Assembly (NCBI GenBank): GCA_963698885.1
Contig: CAVOSJ010000003.1
Coordinates: forward strand, 361,250-425,249
Source: Nitrospirota bacterium
GTDB lineage: Bacteria; Nitrospirota; JACRHJ01
Length of the DNA stretch: 64,000 nucleotides
Direction of reading: 5' to 3'
A model generated the notes under the pieces. The model made no database searches, was not told the DNA's origin, and saw nothing but the letters and a program-made list of their open reading frames with translations. The position numbers were made by a program, and so were the translations under genes. Positions 10,832 to 26,417 of this stretch are shown here, piece after piece; position 1 is the stretch's first letter, and each line of letters opens with the position of its first letter.

Positions 10832-11800
10832 TTGCAAAAAACCGCTATAGGAGTTGACCTCGGCGGGACTAACCTGCGGTTCGGGCTGGTGCGAGAGGAC
10901 GAAAAAATTATCGCCCGCCGGCGCACCGGGACCATGGCGGCGGAAGGGGCGGAAATAGTCCTGGAGCGGCTGACGAGCGGGATACAGACTCTCTCAAGAA
11001 AAGCCCAAGCCGCCGGGATGAAAGTTGCCGGTATAGGCATCGGCGTCCCCGGGATAATTTCGGCGAAGGAGGGCATCGTGCGGTTGTCTCCGAACCTGCC
11101 GGGCTGGAATGATATCCCGCTCGGCTTGCGGCTTAAGGAGATTTTCTCTTATCCGGTCCATGTGGAAAACGATGCCAACGCTTATGCCTTGGGCGAATAT
11201 TGGTTCGGCGCCGGAAAAGGGACCTCCTGCATGGTCTGCATTACGCTCGGCACGGGGGTGGGCGGCGGCATAATACTGGGAGGCAATATCTGGCGCGGAG
11301 CGGACGGCATGGCGGGGGAGGTCGGGCATATCACGGTTGACCCTGACGGCCCGCTCTGCCCGTGCGGGAACCGCGGGTGCCTGGAGAGGTACTCTTCCGC
11401 CACCGCGGTAATGGAGATGGCTGGCGCGGCGGTAACAGGGGGGGGCAACACAACTTTAAAAGACCTGAAAAAAGCTGGACTTCCGATAACGGCGGAAGCG
11501 GTGGCGGACGCGGCAAAAAAAGGGGACAGAGTTGCAGGCAGGATATATTCCGATGTAGGGAAATACTTAGGCATTGCCATTGCCGATTTGATTAATTTGC
11601 TCAACATTGAGTGCATAGTCATCGGGGGCGGCATGGCCGGGGCATGGGACCTTTTCATCGGTCCGTTAAAAGAGGAAGTCAGGGCAAGGGCATTCAAAAT
11701 ACCCGCCAAGAGGTGCAGGATAGTCCGGGGCAAATTGAAAGACGACGCCGGAATCCTTGGCGCGGCGGGGCTGGCGCTGAAAATGACACGGGTCAAATAA
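10832..11800 (+). CDS. ROK-family sugar kinase (glucokinase-like)
   Basis: IGVDLGGTNLRFGLV N-terminus, ROK zinc motif CPCGNRGCLE, AGGAGG 7 nt upstream of the TTG at 10832. The longer ORF from 10709 is unlikely to be real. Confidence 0.75.
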   Translation: MQKTAIGVDLGGTNLRFGLVREDEKIIARRRTGTMAAEGAEIVLERLTSGIQTLSRKAQAAGMKVAGIGIGVPGIISAKEGIVRLSPNLPGWNDIPLGLRLKEIFSYPVHVENDANAYALGEYWFGAGKGTSCMVCITLGTGVGGGIILGGNIWRGADGMAGEVGHITVDPDGPLCPCGNRGCLERYSSATAVMEMAGAAVTGGGNTTLKDLKKAGLPITAEAVADAAKKGDRVAGRIYSDVGKYLGIAIADLINLLNIECIVIGGGMAGAWDLFIGPLKEEVRARAFKIPAKRCRIVRGKLKDDAGILGAAGLALKMTRVK

Positions 11801-12211
11801 ATAGCTTCTTATTAATGCCTGGAGGTCATATTGAAATCCGCAAAAATCCGTGCATGAGAACCTTTATTTTTCAATTGGTTGGAGGGAGCGAAAACCGGTT
11901 TTTCCTCCGTCGGCAATCGGCAGATTTTTGCGGCATAACTCCATACAAAATAACATAAAAATGGTCAATTTACCCCTTTAAAAAGATGTCTCAAAAACCC
12001 GCTTTTTACCCCCAAAAATGGCCCGTGATGGGGGTGAAATGATACAAAATTCGTACCCGGCAGGATCCGTCCATAAATCATATTTATATATGATTAGGCG
12101 TTAAGCGGTGATGCCTTGGCGCGCAAATCGAGAGAGGCTATTAAGAATGAATGGAGATGGTATATCGACAAATATTCAGCGGCACTATTTGACTCGTCCT
12201 CCTAAAACCCT

Positions 12212-12240
12212 TTGACTTTCGAACAAATTCAATATAAAAT
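12212..12240 (+). promoter_or_regulatory. Candidate sigma70 promoter for lepA (TTGACT-17-TAAAAT)
   Basis: tTTGACTttcgaacaaattcaataTAAAATcatc ends 12 nt before the lepA ATG. The leader is very short, so the call is weak. Confidence 0.35.
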
Positions 12241-12252
12241 CATCAGTTCGAA

Positions 12253-14053
12253 ATGCAAATCAAAAACATAAGAAATTTCAGCATAATAGCTCACATAGAC
12301 CACGGCAAGTCCACGCTGGCGGACAGGATACTCGAGTTGACCGGAGCGCTTAGCGCCCGCGAGATGTCGGACCAGGTCTTAGACGACATGCCGCTTGAGC
12401 GTGAGCGCGGGATAACCATAAAATCCCACGCCGTCCGGATAAACTTCGTCGCGGCGGATGGACGGAGCTATGTCCTGAACTTAATCGATACCCCCGGACA
12501 CGTCGATTTTACCTACGAAGTCTCCAGAAGCCTCGCCGCGTGTGAAGGCGTGCTGCTCGTGGTGGACGCCTCCCAGGGCGTTGAGGCGCAGACGCTTGCA
12601 AACGCCTACCTGGCTATTGATAACGACCTCGAAATAATCCCCGTAATAAATAAAATAGACCTGCCGAGCGCCGACGTCGAGAGGGTCCGTAACGAGATAG
12701 AAGAGGTGATAGGACTGGACGCGTCCATGGCAATCCCCGTTAGCGCCAAGGAAGGGATTGGGATACGGGAGACGCTCGAAGCGGTAGTGAATACGATAAG
12801 CCCGCCGGAGGGCGATGCGGACGCGCCGCTCAAGGCGCTGATATTCGACTCCTGGTTCGATACCTATCAGGGCGTAGTGGTGCTGGTCCGGGTGGTTGAC
12901 GGCCGGGTCTATAAAGGGTTGAAGATCAAGCTCTTCTCGAATAATATAACATTCGAGGTGATGGAGGTCGGATATTCCACGCCCAAGCTCATAAAGACGG
13001 AGCAACTGACCGCGGGCGACGTAGGATACATCATCGCCGGGATAAAGAGGGTTCAGGACTCTAAAATTGGGGATACCATTACCGAAGTGGAGAGGCCGGC
13101 GGCGGAGCCTTTACCGGGCTACCGGGAAGTTAAGGCTATGGTATTCTGCGGCCTTTATCCGACGGACACCCAGCAATATGAAGACCTCCGGGACGCGCTG
13201 GAGAAGCTCCGTTTGAACGACTCGTCCTTCTCATACGAACCGGAGACCTCGCTTGCGCTCGGATTCGGTTTCCGCTGCGGGTTCCTGGGGCTTCTGCACA
13301 TGGAGATAATCCAGGAGCGCCTGGAGCGCGAGTTCGGGCTGTCGCTTCTCTCCACCGCCCCCACCGTCGTCTATCGGATTACCAAAACGGGCGGGGAAGT
13401 GGTCATGGTGGATAACCCGTCGAAGCTCCCGGACCTCCAGAAGATAGAGAAGATGGAGGAGCCTTTCATACTGGCTACCGTAATGGTGCCTAACGAATAC
13501 ATCGGCTCCATCCTTTCGCTATGCCAGGAGAGGCGGGGAATCCAGAAAGACCTGAACTACTTAGACCGCGACCGCTCCATGATAACCTACGAACTTCCCT
13601 TGAACGAAATAGTGCTCGACTTCTACGACAAGCTTAAATCCGTCAGCCGGGGCTACGCCTCGCTTGATTATGACTTCATAGGGTACAGGGTATCCAATCT
13701 GGTTAAGCTGGATATATTGCTGAACGGCGAAGGCGTTGACGCCCTCTCTCTTATAACGCACCGCGACAAGGCGGAATTCCGAGGCAGGGAACTGGCCGAT
13801 AAAGCTAAAGGAGCTTATCCCGCGGCAGATGTTCGAGGTGGCGATACAGGCGGCGATAGGGGCCAAGGTAATCGCCAGGGAGACCGTCAGGCCGCTGCGG
13901 AAAGACGTAATCGCGAAGTGCTACGGCGGCGACATCACCAGGAAGAGAAAGCTGTTAGAGAAGCAGAAAGAAGGCAAGAAGAAGATGAAGCAGCTTGGGT
14001 CCGTGGAAGTGCCGCAGGAGGCGTTCCTGGCGGTGCTGAAAGTAAAGAATTAA
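12253..14053 (+). CDS. lepA: Elongation factor 4 (LepA), interrupted by a +1 frameshift near 13807-13809
   Basis: GTP-binding N-terminus AHIDHGKST. The main ORF drifts into nonsense after ...[10 protein letters not shown]. The true C-terminus, [24 protein letters not shown]...[18 protein letters not shown], lies in the +1 frame (ORF 13829-14053). One extra A in gctAAAgga. Confidence 0.9.
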
Positions 14054-14072
14054 ATAAAACCGGAGGTTTCAA

Positions 14073-14687
14073 TTGGCGGCTAAAAATAAATCGGTATTCC
14101 GCGAGTACGCCGAGGCCATAGTAGTAGCGGCAATCCTCGCGCTTTTTATAAGAACTTTCGTCGTGCAGGCATTCAAAATACCCTCCGGATCGATGAAGAA
14201 CACCCTGCTGGTGGGAGACCACCTGCTCGTAAACAAGTTCCTTTACGGGACGCACATCCCTTTCACGAACATAATCCTTATGCCGATCCGCGACCCGAAG
14301 AGGGGAGATATAATCGTCTTCAAATATCCGGAGGACGAGTCGAAGGATTTCATAAAAAGAGTAATCGGCACCCCGGGCGACGTGGTGCAGATAATCGCCA
14401 AGAAGGTATATATCAACGGCAAGCCCATACCGGAGCCTTACACCATATATCACGATGACCAGATCCTGCCGAAGAGCATGGACGCGAAGGATAACTTCGG
14501 GCCGATTTTTGTGCCGCCCCGCAAATATTTCATGATGGGCGACAACCGCGACAGGAGCCACGACAGCAGGTTCTGGGGATTTGTGGACGAGAGCAAGATA
14601 ATAGGCAAGGCAATGGTGCTCTACTGGTCCTGGGACGGGGATGGCAGTTCGATCCGCTGGGACAGGATAGGACACATCGTGAAGTAG
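14073..14687 (+). CDS. lepB: Signal peptidase I
   Basis: TM anchor, catalytic S (GSMKNTL) and K (KRVIG) boxes, [11 protein letters not shown] motif. TTG start with GGAGG 6 nt upstream. Confidence 0.85.
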   Translation: MAAKNKSVFREYAEAIVVAAILALFIRTFVVQAFKIPSGSMKNTLLVGDHLLVNKFLYGTHIPFTNIILMPIRDPKRGDIIVFKYPEDESKDFIKRVIGTPGDVVQIIAKKVYINGKPIPEPYTIYHDDQILPKSMDAKDNFGPIFVPPRKYFMMGDNRDRSHDSRFWGFVDESKIIGKAMVLYWSWDGDGSSIRWDRIGHIVK

Positions 14688-15053
14688 ATGATGGATAACC
14701 GTGGCGGCGGGAAGGCCGCGTTATTACTTTATATTCTCGTGGGGATTCTGGCGTTTTATGTCCTTGTAAAGACAATCCCGCCTTACATGCATTATTATGC
14801 CTTGGACGACGAAGTCGCCCAGCAGATTCACCTCTCCAGCATAAATGACGACGAAATGATCATCGGGGACCTGATGAACAAGATAAACGATTTGGGGCTC
14901 CCGATAACAAACGACGATATCCAGCTTATCCGTAAGGACGACGGAAGCATAGAGATAAAGCTCTCCTGGACAGACGAAGTGGATTACGGCTACGGGATAA
15001 AGAGGGAGTTCCCGTTTTCCATCGACGACTCCAACCGTAAAAAAGGGAAATGA
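14688..15053 (+). CDS. Hypothetical membrane-anchored protein (121 aa) downstream of lepB
   Basis: Single N-terminal TM helix (AALLLYILVGILAFYVLV) and an acidic C-terminal region. Translationally adjacent to lepB. Confidence 0.5.
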   Translation: MMDNRGGGKAALLLYILVGILAFYVLVKTIPPYMHYYALDDEVAQQIHLSSINDDEMIIGDLMNKINDLGLPITNDDIQLIRKDDGSIEIKLSWTDEVDYGYGIKREFPFSIDDSNRKKGK

Positions 15054-15059
15054 TTTGCC

Positions 15060-15088
15060 TTGACATCCGGACAGCGATGAGTTAATCT
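15060..15088 (+). promoter_or_regulatory. Candidate sigma70 promoter of the pyr operon (TTGACA-17-TAATCT)
   Basis: cTTGACAtccggacagcgatgagtTAATCTcg lies upstream of the PyrR binding loop. Confidence 0.4.
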
Positions 15089-15107
15089 CGCTTTCGACCT
15101 TTTAACG

Positions 15108-15121
15108 TAGCCCGGCGAGGC
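15108..15121 (+). promoter_or_regulatory. PyrR-binding loop motif in the pyr leader RNA
   Basis: AGCCCGGCGAGGCU matches the ARUCCNGNGAGGYU consensus at 13 of 14 positions. It sits in a short hairpin (tagcc...ggcta) between the promoter and a terminator. Confidence 0.55.
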
Positions 15122-15172
15122 TAAGAAGGGGACGGGAGTGTATCAGGACAAGTTGCGGCTCAAACATACAGG

Positions 15173-15207
15173 GCATCCTCGGAAATTTTAGAGGAGGCTT
15201 TTTTTTT
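15173..15207 (+). terminator. Intrinsic terminator / attenuator in the pyrR leader
   Basis: GCAUCCUC-ggaaauuuua-GAGGAGGC stem-loop followed by a U9 run, 25 nt before pyrR. Confidence 0.55.
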
Positions 15208-15225
15208 GCCTTCATCCAGAGGTAA

Positions 15226-15777
<552 letters not shown>

Positions 15778-15781
15778 GGCG

Positions 15782-16711
15782 ATGGCCCTGAAAAGCAAAG
15801 ACCTGCTTGGGATCGATTACCTGGAAAGGGAGGAGATAGAGGAGATTATCTCCACGGCGGAGTCTTTCAAAGAGGTCTCCACAAGGGATATTAAAAAGGT
15901 CCCGGCCCTTCGCGGCAGGACTATTGTAAACCTTTTCTTCGAGCCCTCCACGAGGACGCGGACTTCATTCGAACTGGCGGCTAAAAGGCTCTCGGCGGAC
16001 ATCATAAATATATCCTCTTCCACCAGCAGCGTGGTGAAGGGCGAGACGTTGCTCGACACCGCGCGAAATATCGAGGCGATGAACTCGGACGTTATAATAG
16101 TCCGGCATTCGATGTCCGGCGCGCCGGAGATACTCGCCAAGGCCCTTAAAAGCTCGGTCATAAACGCGGGCGACGGCTTTCACGAGCACCCGACACAGGC
16201 GCTTCTCGACCTCTTCACCATAAAAGAGCGGCTGGGAAAAGTGGAAGGGCTTAAAATCGCTATAATCGGCGACATCGCTCACAGCAGGGTGGCCCGCTCG
16301 AATATATTATGCCTTAACAAAATGGGCGCGGAAGTCCGCGTATGCGGCCCGGCAACGCTTATGCCGGCGGAAATCGATAAGATGGGCGCGAAGGTTTATT
16401 TCAGGCCGGAAGACGCTCTTGACGGCGCGGACGCCGTGATGATGCTCCGGATACAGATGGAACGGCAGGAGCGGGGACTTTTCCCCGGCGTCAGGGAGTA
16501 TTCCCGCTTTTTCGGTCTGAATCAGGAGCGTGTCGCGTTGGCGTCGAAAGGGGTTTTGATAATGCACCCCGGACCTATAAACCGGGGGGTGGAGATATCG
16601 CCGGAGGTGGCGGACGGGCCATATTCAGTTATCCTGGACCAGGTAACGAACGGAGTAGCCGTAAGGATGGCCGTAATATACCTCCTGACAGAGGGGAGGG
16701 GAGCTATATGA
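15782..16711 (+). CDS. pyrB: Aspartate carbamoyltransferase catalytic subunit
   Basis: STRTR carbamoyl-phosphate motif, HPTQ and HPGP motifs; 309 aa. Confidence 0.9.
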   Translation: MALKSKDLLGIDYLEREEIEEIISTAESFKEVSTRDIKKVPALRGRTIVNLFFEPSTRTRTSFELAAKRLSADIINISSSTSSVVKGETLLDTARNIEAMNSDVIIVRHSMSGAPEILAKALKSSVINAGDGFHEHPTQALLDLFTIKERLGKVEGLKIAIIGDIAHSRVARSNILCLNKMGAEVRVCGPATLMPAEIDKMGAKVYFRPEDALDGADAVMMLRIQMERQERGLFPGVREYSRFFGLNQERVALASKGVLIMHPGPINRGVEISPEVADGPYSVILDQVTNGVAVRMAVIYLLTEGRGAI

Positions 16712-17992
16712 CACTGATAATCAAGGGCGGCAGGGTAATCGACCCGGCGAACGGGGTAGACGGGATACTCGATATTTATATCGAAGGCGAACAAAATTGT
16801 CCAGCCGCCGAAAAATGCTAAAAAAATCAAACAAAACGGCGCGGAAGTTATAGACGCAACCGGCAAGATAGTCGCGCCGGGGCTGATTGACATGCACTGC
16901 CATCTCCGGGAGCCGGGGTTCGAGTACAAGGAGGATATCGCCTCCGGGACCCGCGCCGCCGCGGCGGGCGGGTTTACCACCATCTGCTGCATGCCGAATA
17001 CCAACCCCGTAAACGACAGCCGCTCCGTCACTGAATTTATAATGGCGCAGGCCCGGAAGGCAGGGTTTTGCAAGGTATTGCCAATCGGGGCGATAACCAA
17101 GGGCTCGATGGGCCTGGAACTTGCCGAGATGGGGGAGATGGCCGAGGCCGGATGCGTGGGCTTCTCCGACGACGGAAAGCCTGTGGCCAATGCGGAGATG
17201 ATGAGGCATGCGCTGGAATATGCAAAGACCTTCGACAGGACGATAATATCGCACTGCGAAGACCCGACTCTTTCCGCCGGAGGCGTGATGAACGAAGGCG
17301 CGGTTTCAACCCGCCTGGGCCTGCGGGGGATACCGGCCGCGGCAGAGGAAGTAATGGTCGCCAGAGACATTTCCCTGGCAAAATTGACCGGCGGAAGAGT
17401 CCATATAGCGCATGTTTCGACGGCCGGTTCGGTTGAGCTGATACGCCGGGCGAAGGCGGACGGCATTAATGTCACCGCCGAAACCTGTCCGCACTATTTT
17501 ACCTTGACCGATGAAGGAGTTATGTCATATAATACCTACCTCAAGGTTAACCCCCCTCTTCGCACGGAGACGGACAGGAAGGCGATAATAGCGGGACTTT
17601 CAGACGGCACGATAGACGTAATAGCGACAGACCACGCGCCGCACGCGGCATCCGAGAAGGACGTGGAGTTCGACCTCGCCCCTTTCGGGATTTCAGGGCT
17701 GGAAACTGCCCTGCCCCTTTCGATGGCCCTTGCGAATTCCGGTCTGCTCCCGATGGTTGAACTGATTAAGAAGCTCACCATAAACCCGGCACGCGCGCTG
17801 GGCCTGGCCCTGCCGTCTCTGTCGCCCGGGTCGCTTGCGGATATAGTCCTGATAGACCCGGAGATGGAGAAGACTGTCCGGCCGGAAGCCTTGATAAGCA
17901 AGGGAAAGAACACTGCCTTTTCGGGACTTATCCTGAAAGGATGGCCTGTTGAAACAATCCATGAGGGTAAAAAAATTGTTGTTAAGCTTTAA
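16708..17992 (+). CDS. pyrC: Dihydroorotase (multimeric type), interrupted by a +1 frameshift near 16788-16795
   Basis: ATG at 16708 overlaps the pyrB stop. The N-terminal 29 codons ([28 protein letters not shown]) are in one frame. The rest ([42 protein letters not shown]...) is in the +1 frame. One extra nucleotide in gaaCaaaatt. Confidence 0.85.
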
Positions 17993-18896
17993 ATTAGTAG
18001 TCCTGCCTTTAATTGTCGCCGGGTTCCTGGGAATTTCCCCATTTTCAATTCAGACGGTCCCTTCGGCTCCAGATAAGCCCCCGGTCCGCATTACAAACCA
18101 GAATGCCTGCGGGTTGAAGGACCTGAAAAACCCGTTCACTTTCGCCGTCATCGGGGATAACAGGAGCGGCCAGGAGACATATAAAAAACTGGTGTCCATG
18201 ATTGCGAAAGACGACCCGGCTTTTGTGATGAACACGGGCGACGTCATCATGGAGGGCGGAGACAGAAGTGAGTGGGACGAGTTCGCGACGCTTTCGAAGC
18301 CGCTGACCATGCCGTATTTCCTAACGCCCGGCAACCACGAGATAGCCAATAACGTAACAGAAAAAGCCTACAAGCAATGCGCGACCAATCCCGGGAACGG
18401 CCTTTACTACTCTTTCACCGCCGGTAACGCGCTGATTGTCGTGCTGGACTCGGAGGAGACCGGGATGCATGCGAAGATCGTCGGGGAGCAGTATAAATGG
18501 CTGGAAGACCAGCTGAAGAACTCGGATAAAAAATTCAAGTTCGTCTTCCTGCACCGCCCGCTATATCCGGCCAAGAAGTTACACGTCGTCGCCTGCATGA
18601 GCAGGTACAAAGACAGCAGGGACCAGCTCCAGGCGCTCTTCCAGGAATACGGTGTGGATGCTGTATTCGCAGGGCACGAGCACCTGTACTTCAGGCAGGA
18701 TATATGCGGCGTTACCCATGTCACCACGGGCGGCGGCGGCGCGCCGCTTTATGCGACCGACGCTCACGGCGGTTTCCACCACTACGTCATCGGGACGGTC
18801 GGTGAAGACAAGGCGGAGTTCAAGGTAGTCGATGTAAACGGGAATATCCGAGACCATTTCATCATAAGCAAAAAAGAAAAAGGAAATCCAATATGA
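17949..18896 (+). CDS. Secreted calcineurin-like metallophosphoesterase (PhoD / purple-acid-phosphatase-like)
   Basis: Signal peptide. Motifs [40 protein letters not shown]. Overlaps the pyrC 3' end. Alternative start at 17964. Confidence 0.7.
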   Translation: MKQSMRVKKLLLSFKLVVLPLIVAGFLGISPFSIQTVPSAPDKPPVRITNQNACGLKDLKNPFTFAVIGDNRSGQETYKKLVSMIAKDDPAFVMNTGDVIMEGGDRSEWDEFATLSKPLTMPYFLTPGNHEIANNVTEKAYKQCATNPGNGLYYSFTAGNALIVVLDSEETGMHAKIVGEQYKWLEDQLKNSDKKFKFVFLHRPLYPAKKLHVVACMSRYKDSRDQLQALFQEYGVDAVFAGHEHLYFRQDICGVTHVTTGGGGAPLYATDAHGGFHHYVIGTVGEDKAEFKVVDVNGNIRDHFIISKKEKGNPI

Positions 18897-20026
18897 AGAA
18901 AGCGGTCCTGGCCCTTGCCGACGGCGCCTGGTACGAGGGCGTCTCTTTCGGCGCGGAAGGTGAGGCGGGAGGCGAGGTAGTTTTCAATACCTCCATGTCC
19001 GGCTATCAGGAGATACTGACCGACCCGTCGTACAAGGGACAGATGGTTACCATGACCTACCCCTTGATCGGAAACTATGGCGTGAACGCCGAAGACGTCG
19101 AGTCGGGCAGACCCTGGGCGGAGGGCCTTATCGTAAAGGAAGCCAGCCTGTACCCCAGCAACTGGAGAAGCCAGGGGAGCCTCGACAGCTATCTCAAGAG
19201 CTACAATATTGTCGGCATACAGGGAATAGACACCCGCGCGCTCACGAGGCATCTGCGGGACTATGGCGCTAAGCAGGGGATAATATCGACGACGGACACG
19301 GACCCGGAGAGCCTGATTAAGAAAGCCGCGGCAAGGCCGTCGATGGCCGGGCAGGACCTGGCAAAGGTAGTTTCCTGCACTGAGCCATACGAGGCGAAGC
19401 AGACGTCGTGGGACTTGGAGAAAGGCTACGGCGAGACCCAGAACCCCTGCCTGCACGTGGTCGCTTACGACTTCGGGATAAAGAGGAACATCCTCCGCAT
19501 ACTTTCCACGCTGGCCTGCAAAGTCACGGTTGTCCCGGCTACGACGTCATGGCGGGAGGTAATGGAACTCAGGCCGGATGGAGTGCTTCTGTCGAATGGT
19601 CCCGGCGACCCGGAGCCGGTGACGTATGCGGTGGAAAATATAAAGGGCCTGCTGGACAAGGTGCCAATATTCGGCATCTGCCTGGGCCATCAGCTTTTGG
19701 GAATTGCCCTGGGGGGCAGGACGTATAAGCTGAAGTTCGGCCACCATGGCGGCAATCAGCCGGTGATGGACTTAAGCACCCGGAAGGTGGAGATAACCGC
19801 CCAGAACCACGGCTTCGCGGTGGACATGGATACCGTCCCGGGCGCGGTCGAACTGACCCATGTGAACTTGAACGACAATACGGTCGAGGGTATGCGCCAC
19901 AAGGAGCTTCCGGTCTTTTCCGTGCAGTACCATCCCGAATCGTCTCCCGGCCCGCATGACTCCGCGTACCTCTTCCAGCGCTTCATCGCGATGATGGAGA
20001 TAGAGAAGATAAAGGTAAAGAATTAG
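18893..20026 (+). CDS. carA: Carbamoyl-phosphate synthase small (glutaminase) subunit
   Basis: GATase catalytic triad region GICLGHQLL and HGGNQPV; 377 aa. ATGA overlap with the preceding gene. Confidence 0.9.
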   Translation: MKKAVLALADGAWYEGVSFGAEGEAGGEVVFNTSMSGYQEILTDPSYKGQMVTMTYPLIGNYGVNAEDVESGRPWAEGLIVKEASLYPSNWRSQGSLDSYLKSYNIVGIQGIDTRALTRHLRDYGAKQGIISTTDTDPESLIKKAAARPSMAGQDLAKVVSCTEPYEAKQTSWDLEKGYGETQNPCLHVVAYDFGIKRNILRILSTLACKVTVVPATTSWREVMELRPDGVLLSNGPGDPEPVTYAVENIKGLLDKVPIFGICLGHQLLGIALGGRTYKLKFGHHGGNQPVMDLSTRKVEITAQNHGFAVDMDTVPGAVELTHVNLNDNTVEGMRHKELPVFSVQYHPESSPGPHDSAYLFQRFIAMMEIEKIKVKN

Positions 20027-20044
20027 GGGACGTTTTAATGTTTT

Positions 20045-20958
20045 ATGAAAGCGAATTATTTGAATATCCCGGTTAAGGAATTACAGAACCGCGCCCAGTC
20101 GGCGCTCGCGCGCCTTGAAAAATGCGACCTATGCCCGAACGACTGCGGGGTGAACAGGTTGGAGGGCCAGCTTGGTTTCTGTAGTGCAGGGGCGACGGCT
20201 AAGGTGGCGTCTTACAACCTGCACTCAGGCGAGGAGCCTGCCATCTCCGGCGCTCGCGGGTCCGGGACGATATTTTTCAGCCATTGCACGATGAAGTGCG
20301 CATACTGCCAGAACTGGCCCATCAGCCACAAGGGAAACGGGATAGAGTACGACGCGGCGGGCCTGGCGAATATCATGCTGGAACTTCAGCATCGCGGCGC
20401 GCATAACATAAACTTCGTGACCCCGACGCATTACATGCCGCGGATACTCGAAGCGCTGCCGATCGCTATCGAGGGCGGCTTCGACATCCCCATCGTCTAT
20501 AACACGAGCGGATATGAGGTCCTCCCGGCGCTGAAACTCCTTGACGGCATCGTGGACATATACCTCCCGGACATGCGCTACGCCCGCGACGATTTCGCGA
20601 AGAAGTACTCGAAGGCGAAAAATGTACTGCGTCGTATAACCGCGCGGCGGTGAAAGAGATGTTCAGGCAGGTGGGGCTTTTAAAAACCGATGCGGACGGG
20701 ATTGCCCAAAGAGGGCTTATTATCCGGCACCTCGTACTTCCTGAAGGGATATCCGGTACGGAGGAGACCCTGAAATTTATAGCGGAAGAGCTGTCGCCGG
20801 AGGTCGCCGTCAGCCTGATGGACCAATACTTCCCGACTTACAGGGCGGTCGATTTCCCGGAAATAAACAGGAAGATAACGGCGACGGAATACGAGGCCGC
20901 GCAGGACGCGATGGAGCGCCACGGCCTCTACGAGGGCTGGGTGCAGGAGCACGTTTAA
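20045..20958 (+). CDS. Radical SAM protein (PflA/PflX-like activase family), interrupted by a 1-nt deletion near 20631-20640
   Basis: CTMKCAYC radical-SAM cluster motif plus the N-terminal Cys cluster CDLCPNDCGVN...FC. The first ORF ends ...AKKYSKAKNVLRRITARR*. The continuation ...SYNRAAVKEMFRQVGLLK... is in the -1 frame. Confidence 0.7.
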
Positions 20959-20982
20959 AGTTTTACGTATAAAGGAACCTTA

Positions 20983-24189
<3,207 letters not shown>

Positions 24190-24219
24190 GTACCTCGAAA
24201 GGAGATTCGTAAAAAGACA

Positions 24220-24699
24220 ATGGCTGAAAGAATACCTATGACAAAGAAGGGCTACGCGAAGCTCCAGGACGAACTGGAGCGCCTCCGCAAGGTGGAGCGG
24301 CCCAAGAATGTACGCGATATAGAAGAGGCGAGGGGACACGGCGACCTCTCCGAAAATGCGGAGTACCATGCGGCCAAGGAGCGTCAGGGTTTTATAGAAG
24401 GCCGGATGCAGGAGCTTCAGGGAAAGCTGGCGCACTCGCAGGTGATAGATACAAGCAAGCTCACGAACGAGAAGGTGGTATTCGGCGCGACGGTCGTCCT
24501 GCTCGACCAGGAAACGGAAGAGGAAAAGCGGTATACGCTTGTCGGGACGGACGAAGCCGATTTGAAGGAGGGGAAGATATCGATACTCTCCCCGGTCGGA
24601 AAAGCATTGATAAGCCACGCCGTCGGCGACATAGTCACGGTGCGCATTCCCGCCGGTACGGTGGACTATGAAGTACTGGAAATATTTTTCGAGGACTGA
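24220..24699 (+). CDS. greA: Transcription elongation factor GreA
   Basis: 159 aa, N-terminal coiled-coil with conserved acidic residues, C-terminal FKBP-like domain. Confidence 0.85.
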   Translation: MAERIPMTKKGYAKLQDELERLRKVERPKNVRDIEEARGHGDLSENAEYHAAKERQGFIEGRMQELQGKLAHSQVIDTSKLTNEKVVFGATVVLLDQETEEEKRYTLVGTDEADLKEGKISILSPVGKALISHAVGDIVTVRIPAGTVDYEVLEIFFED

Positions 24700-25506
24700 T
24701 GATAGCGCAGATTAAAAGGAACGAGGAGCTTTTCTCCGGCTATTTCCTTGTCGATATCGAAGCGGAAGGCGTAGGCCGGGGAGCGATGCCCGGCCAGTTC
24801 TTCATGCTGAAAGTCGGTCCCTCCACGGACCCGCTGCTTAGGCGTCCGCTCAGCCTGCACAGGAAGCTTACGGACAATTCCGTGCGTTTCCTGTACAGGC
24901 AGGCCGGCAGGGGCACGTCGCTTTTGTCCCGGCTGATCGCGGGGGACGAAGTCGATGTGCTGGGGCCGCTGGGGAATGGGTTTTCCATACCGGACGGCGT
25001 CAGTCACGCGCTTATTGTAGGGGGCGGTATAGGCGTGGCCCCCCTGATGGGTCTTGGCGACTATATAGCCGACGAACGGAAGGATGTAAGCGCGATTGCG
25101 TTCATCGGCGGCAGGGGCAGGGAATACGTACTGGGGACGGAGCAGTTCAAGGAAAAGGGCATCGAAACATTTACGGCCACGGAAGACGGCAGCCTCCCGA
25201 AAAAAGGTTTCATTACCCAGGTGCTGGACGAATATATATTAGAGCATAAGGATAAGGATACAGGCGGCTGGGCGATTTATTCATGCGGCCCGAAACCGAT
25301 GCTGGTGAGTGTCGCAGCCCTGGCAAAGAGAGCACGGTATCAGGAACTATACTTCGATGGAATCCAACATGGCCTGCGGGGTCGGCGCGTGCATGGGCTG
25401 TGTGATTAGCGTGCTGGACCGGGAGCACGGGAGCGTGATATACAAGAAGGTCTGCGACGACGGCCCGGTATTCGACGCGGACGATATAGTGTGGTCGGAA
25501 ATATGA
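24699..25506 (+). CDS. pyrK: Dihydroorotate dehydrogenase electron-transfer subunit PyrK, interrupted by a frameshift near 25326-25334
   Basis: FAD/NAD-binding domain ([16 protein letters not shown]). The Fe-S C-terminus [12 protein letters not shown] lies in the +1 frame (ORF 25309-25506). An extra a/ag in aagAGagca. Confidence 0.8.
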
Positions 25507-26417
25507 AGCCGTCGCTGGAAGTAAAGCTGGGGCCGCTCGTCCTGAAGAACCCGGTCATTACCGCGTCGGGGACTTTCGGATACGGCGAGGAGTACTCGAA
25601 ATATATAGACCTGAATAAGCTGGGCGGGATAACAGTGAAGGGCCTGTCGCTTAAGCCTATCCAGGGGAACCCGCCGCCGAGGCTCTGCGAGACGCCCTCG
25701 GGGATGCTGAACGCTATCGGACTTCAGAACGTGGGCGTGGATGATTTTATCGAAAAGAAACTCCCGTTCCTCGCGCAGTACGATACTAAAGTAATCGCCA
25801 ACATTTTCGGCAATACTATAGAGGAGTACGAGGCCGTCGCGGCGAGGCTTGATAAAGCGACTGGCGTGCATGCGATTGAGGTGAACATATCCTGCCCGAA
25901 TGTAAAAAAAGGCGGGATGGCTTTCGGCACGGACCTGGACAGCACGTACGACGTTATAAAGGCGGTGCGAAACGCCACGTCACTGCCGGTAATAGCCAAG
26001 CTGTCGCCAAATGTAACGGACGTCGTGCCGTTTGCGGACAGGGCGGCGCACGCGGGCGCGGACGCGCTCTCGCTGATAAACACGCTCCTTGGGATGGCCA
26101 TAGACATAAAGAGCAGAAAACCGAAAATCGCAAACATCACCGGCGGGCTTTCCGGCCCGGCGATACGCCCGGTCGCGGTGCGGATCGTGTGGCAGGTTTA
26201 CAGGGCCGTCGGTCTTCCCATTATCGGGATGGGCGGGATAATGAATGCCTCGGACGCCGTGGAATTCATGCTTGCCGGAGCGACGGCGGTAGCCGTGGGC
26301 ACAGCTAATTTCGTAAACCCCACCGCTTCGGTAGAGGTAGTCGATGGGATAGAGAGGTACCTGATAGAAAATGGAATCGACCATGCGCCCCATATCGTGG
26401 GGAAAGTACTGGCTTAG
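25503..26417 (+). CDS. pyrD: Dihydroorotate dehydrogenase catalytic subunit (class 1B)
   Basis: TIM-barrel DHOD motifs ([17 protein letters not shown]). ATGA overlap with the pyrK stop. Confidence 0.85.
   Translation: MKPSLEVKLGPLVLKNPVITASGTFGYGEEYSKYIDLNKLGGITVKGLSLKPIQGNPPPRLCETPSGMLNAIGLQNVGVDDFIEKKLPFLAQYDTKVIANIFGNTIEEYEAVAARLDKATGVHAIEVNISCPNVKKGGMAFGTDLDSTYDVIKAVRNATSLPVIAKLSPNVTDVVPFADRAAHAGADALSLINTLLGMAIDIKSRKPKIANITGGLSGPAIRPVAVRIVWQVYRAVGLPIIGMGGIMNASDAVEFMLAGATAVAVGTANFVNPTASVEVVDGIERYLIENGIDHAPHIVGKVLA

Noticed and set aside
16522-17475. 317-aa ORF antisense to pyrC, and similar long antisense ORFs (11182-11796, 12481-13005, 21127-21711, 43621-44706)
   Set aside because: Typical GC-rich shadow ORFs opposite well-conserved genes (pyrC, ROK kinase, lepA, carB, pyrG). 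Their translations are low-complexity Arg/Pro/Ala-rich with no recognisable domains.
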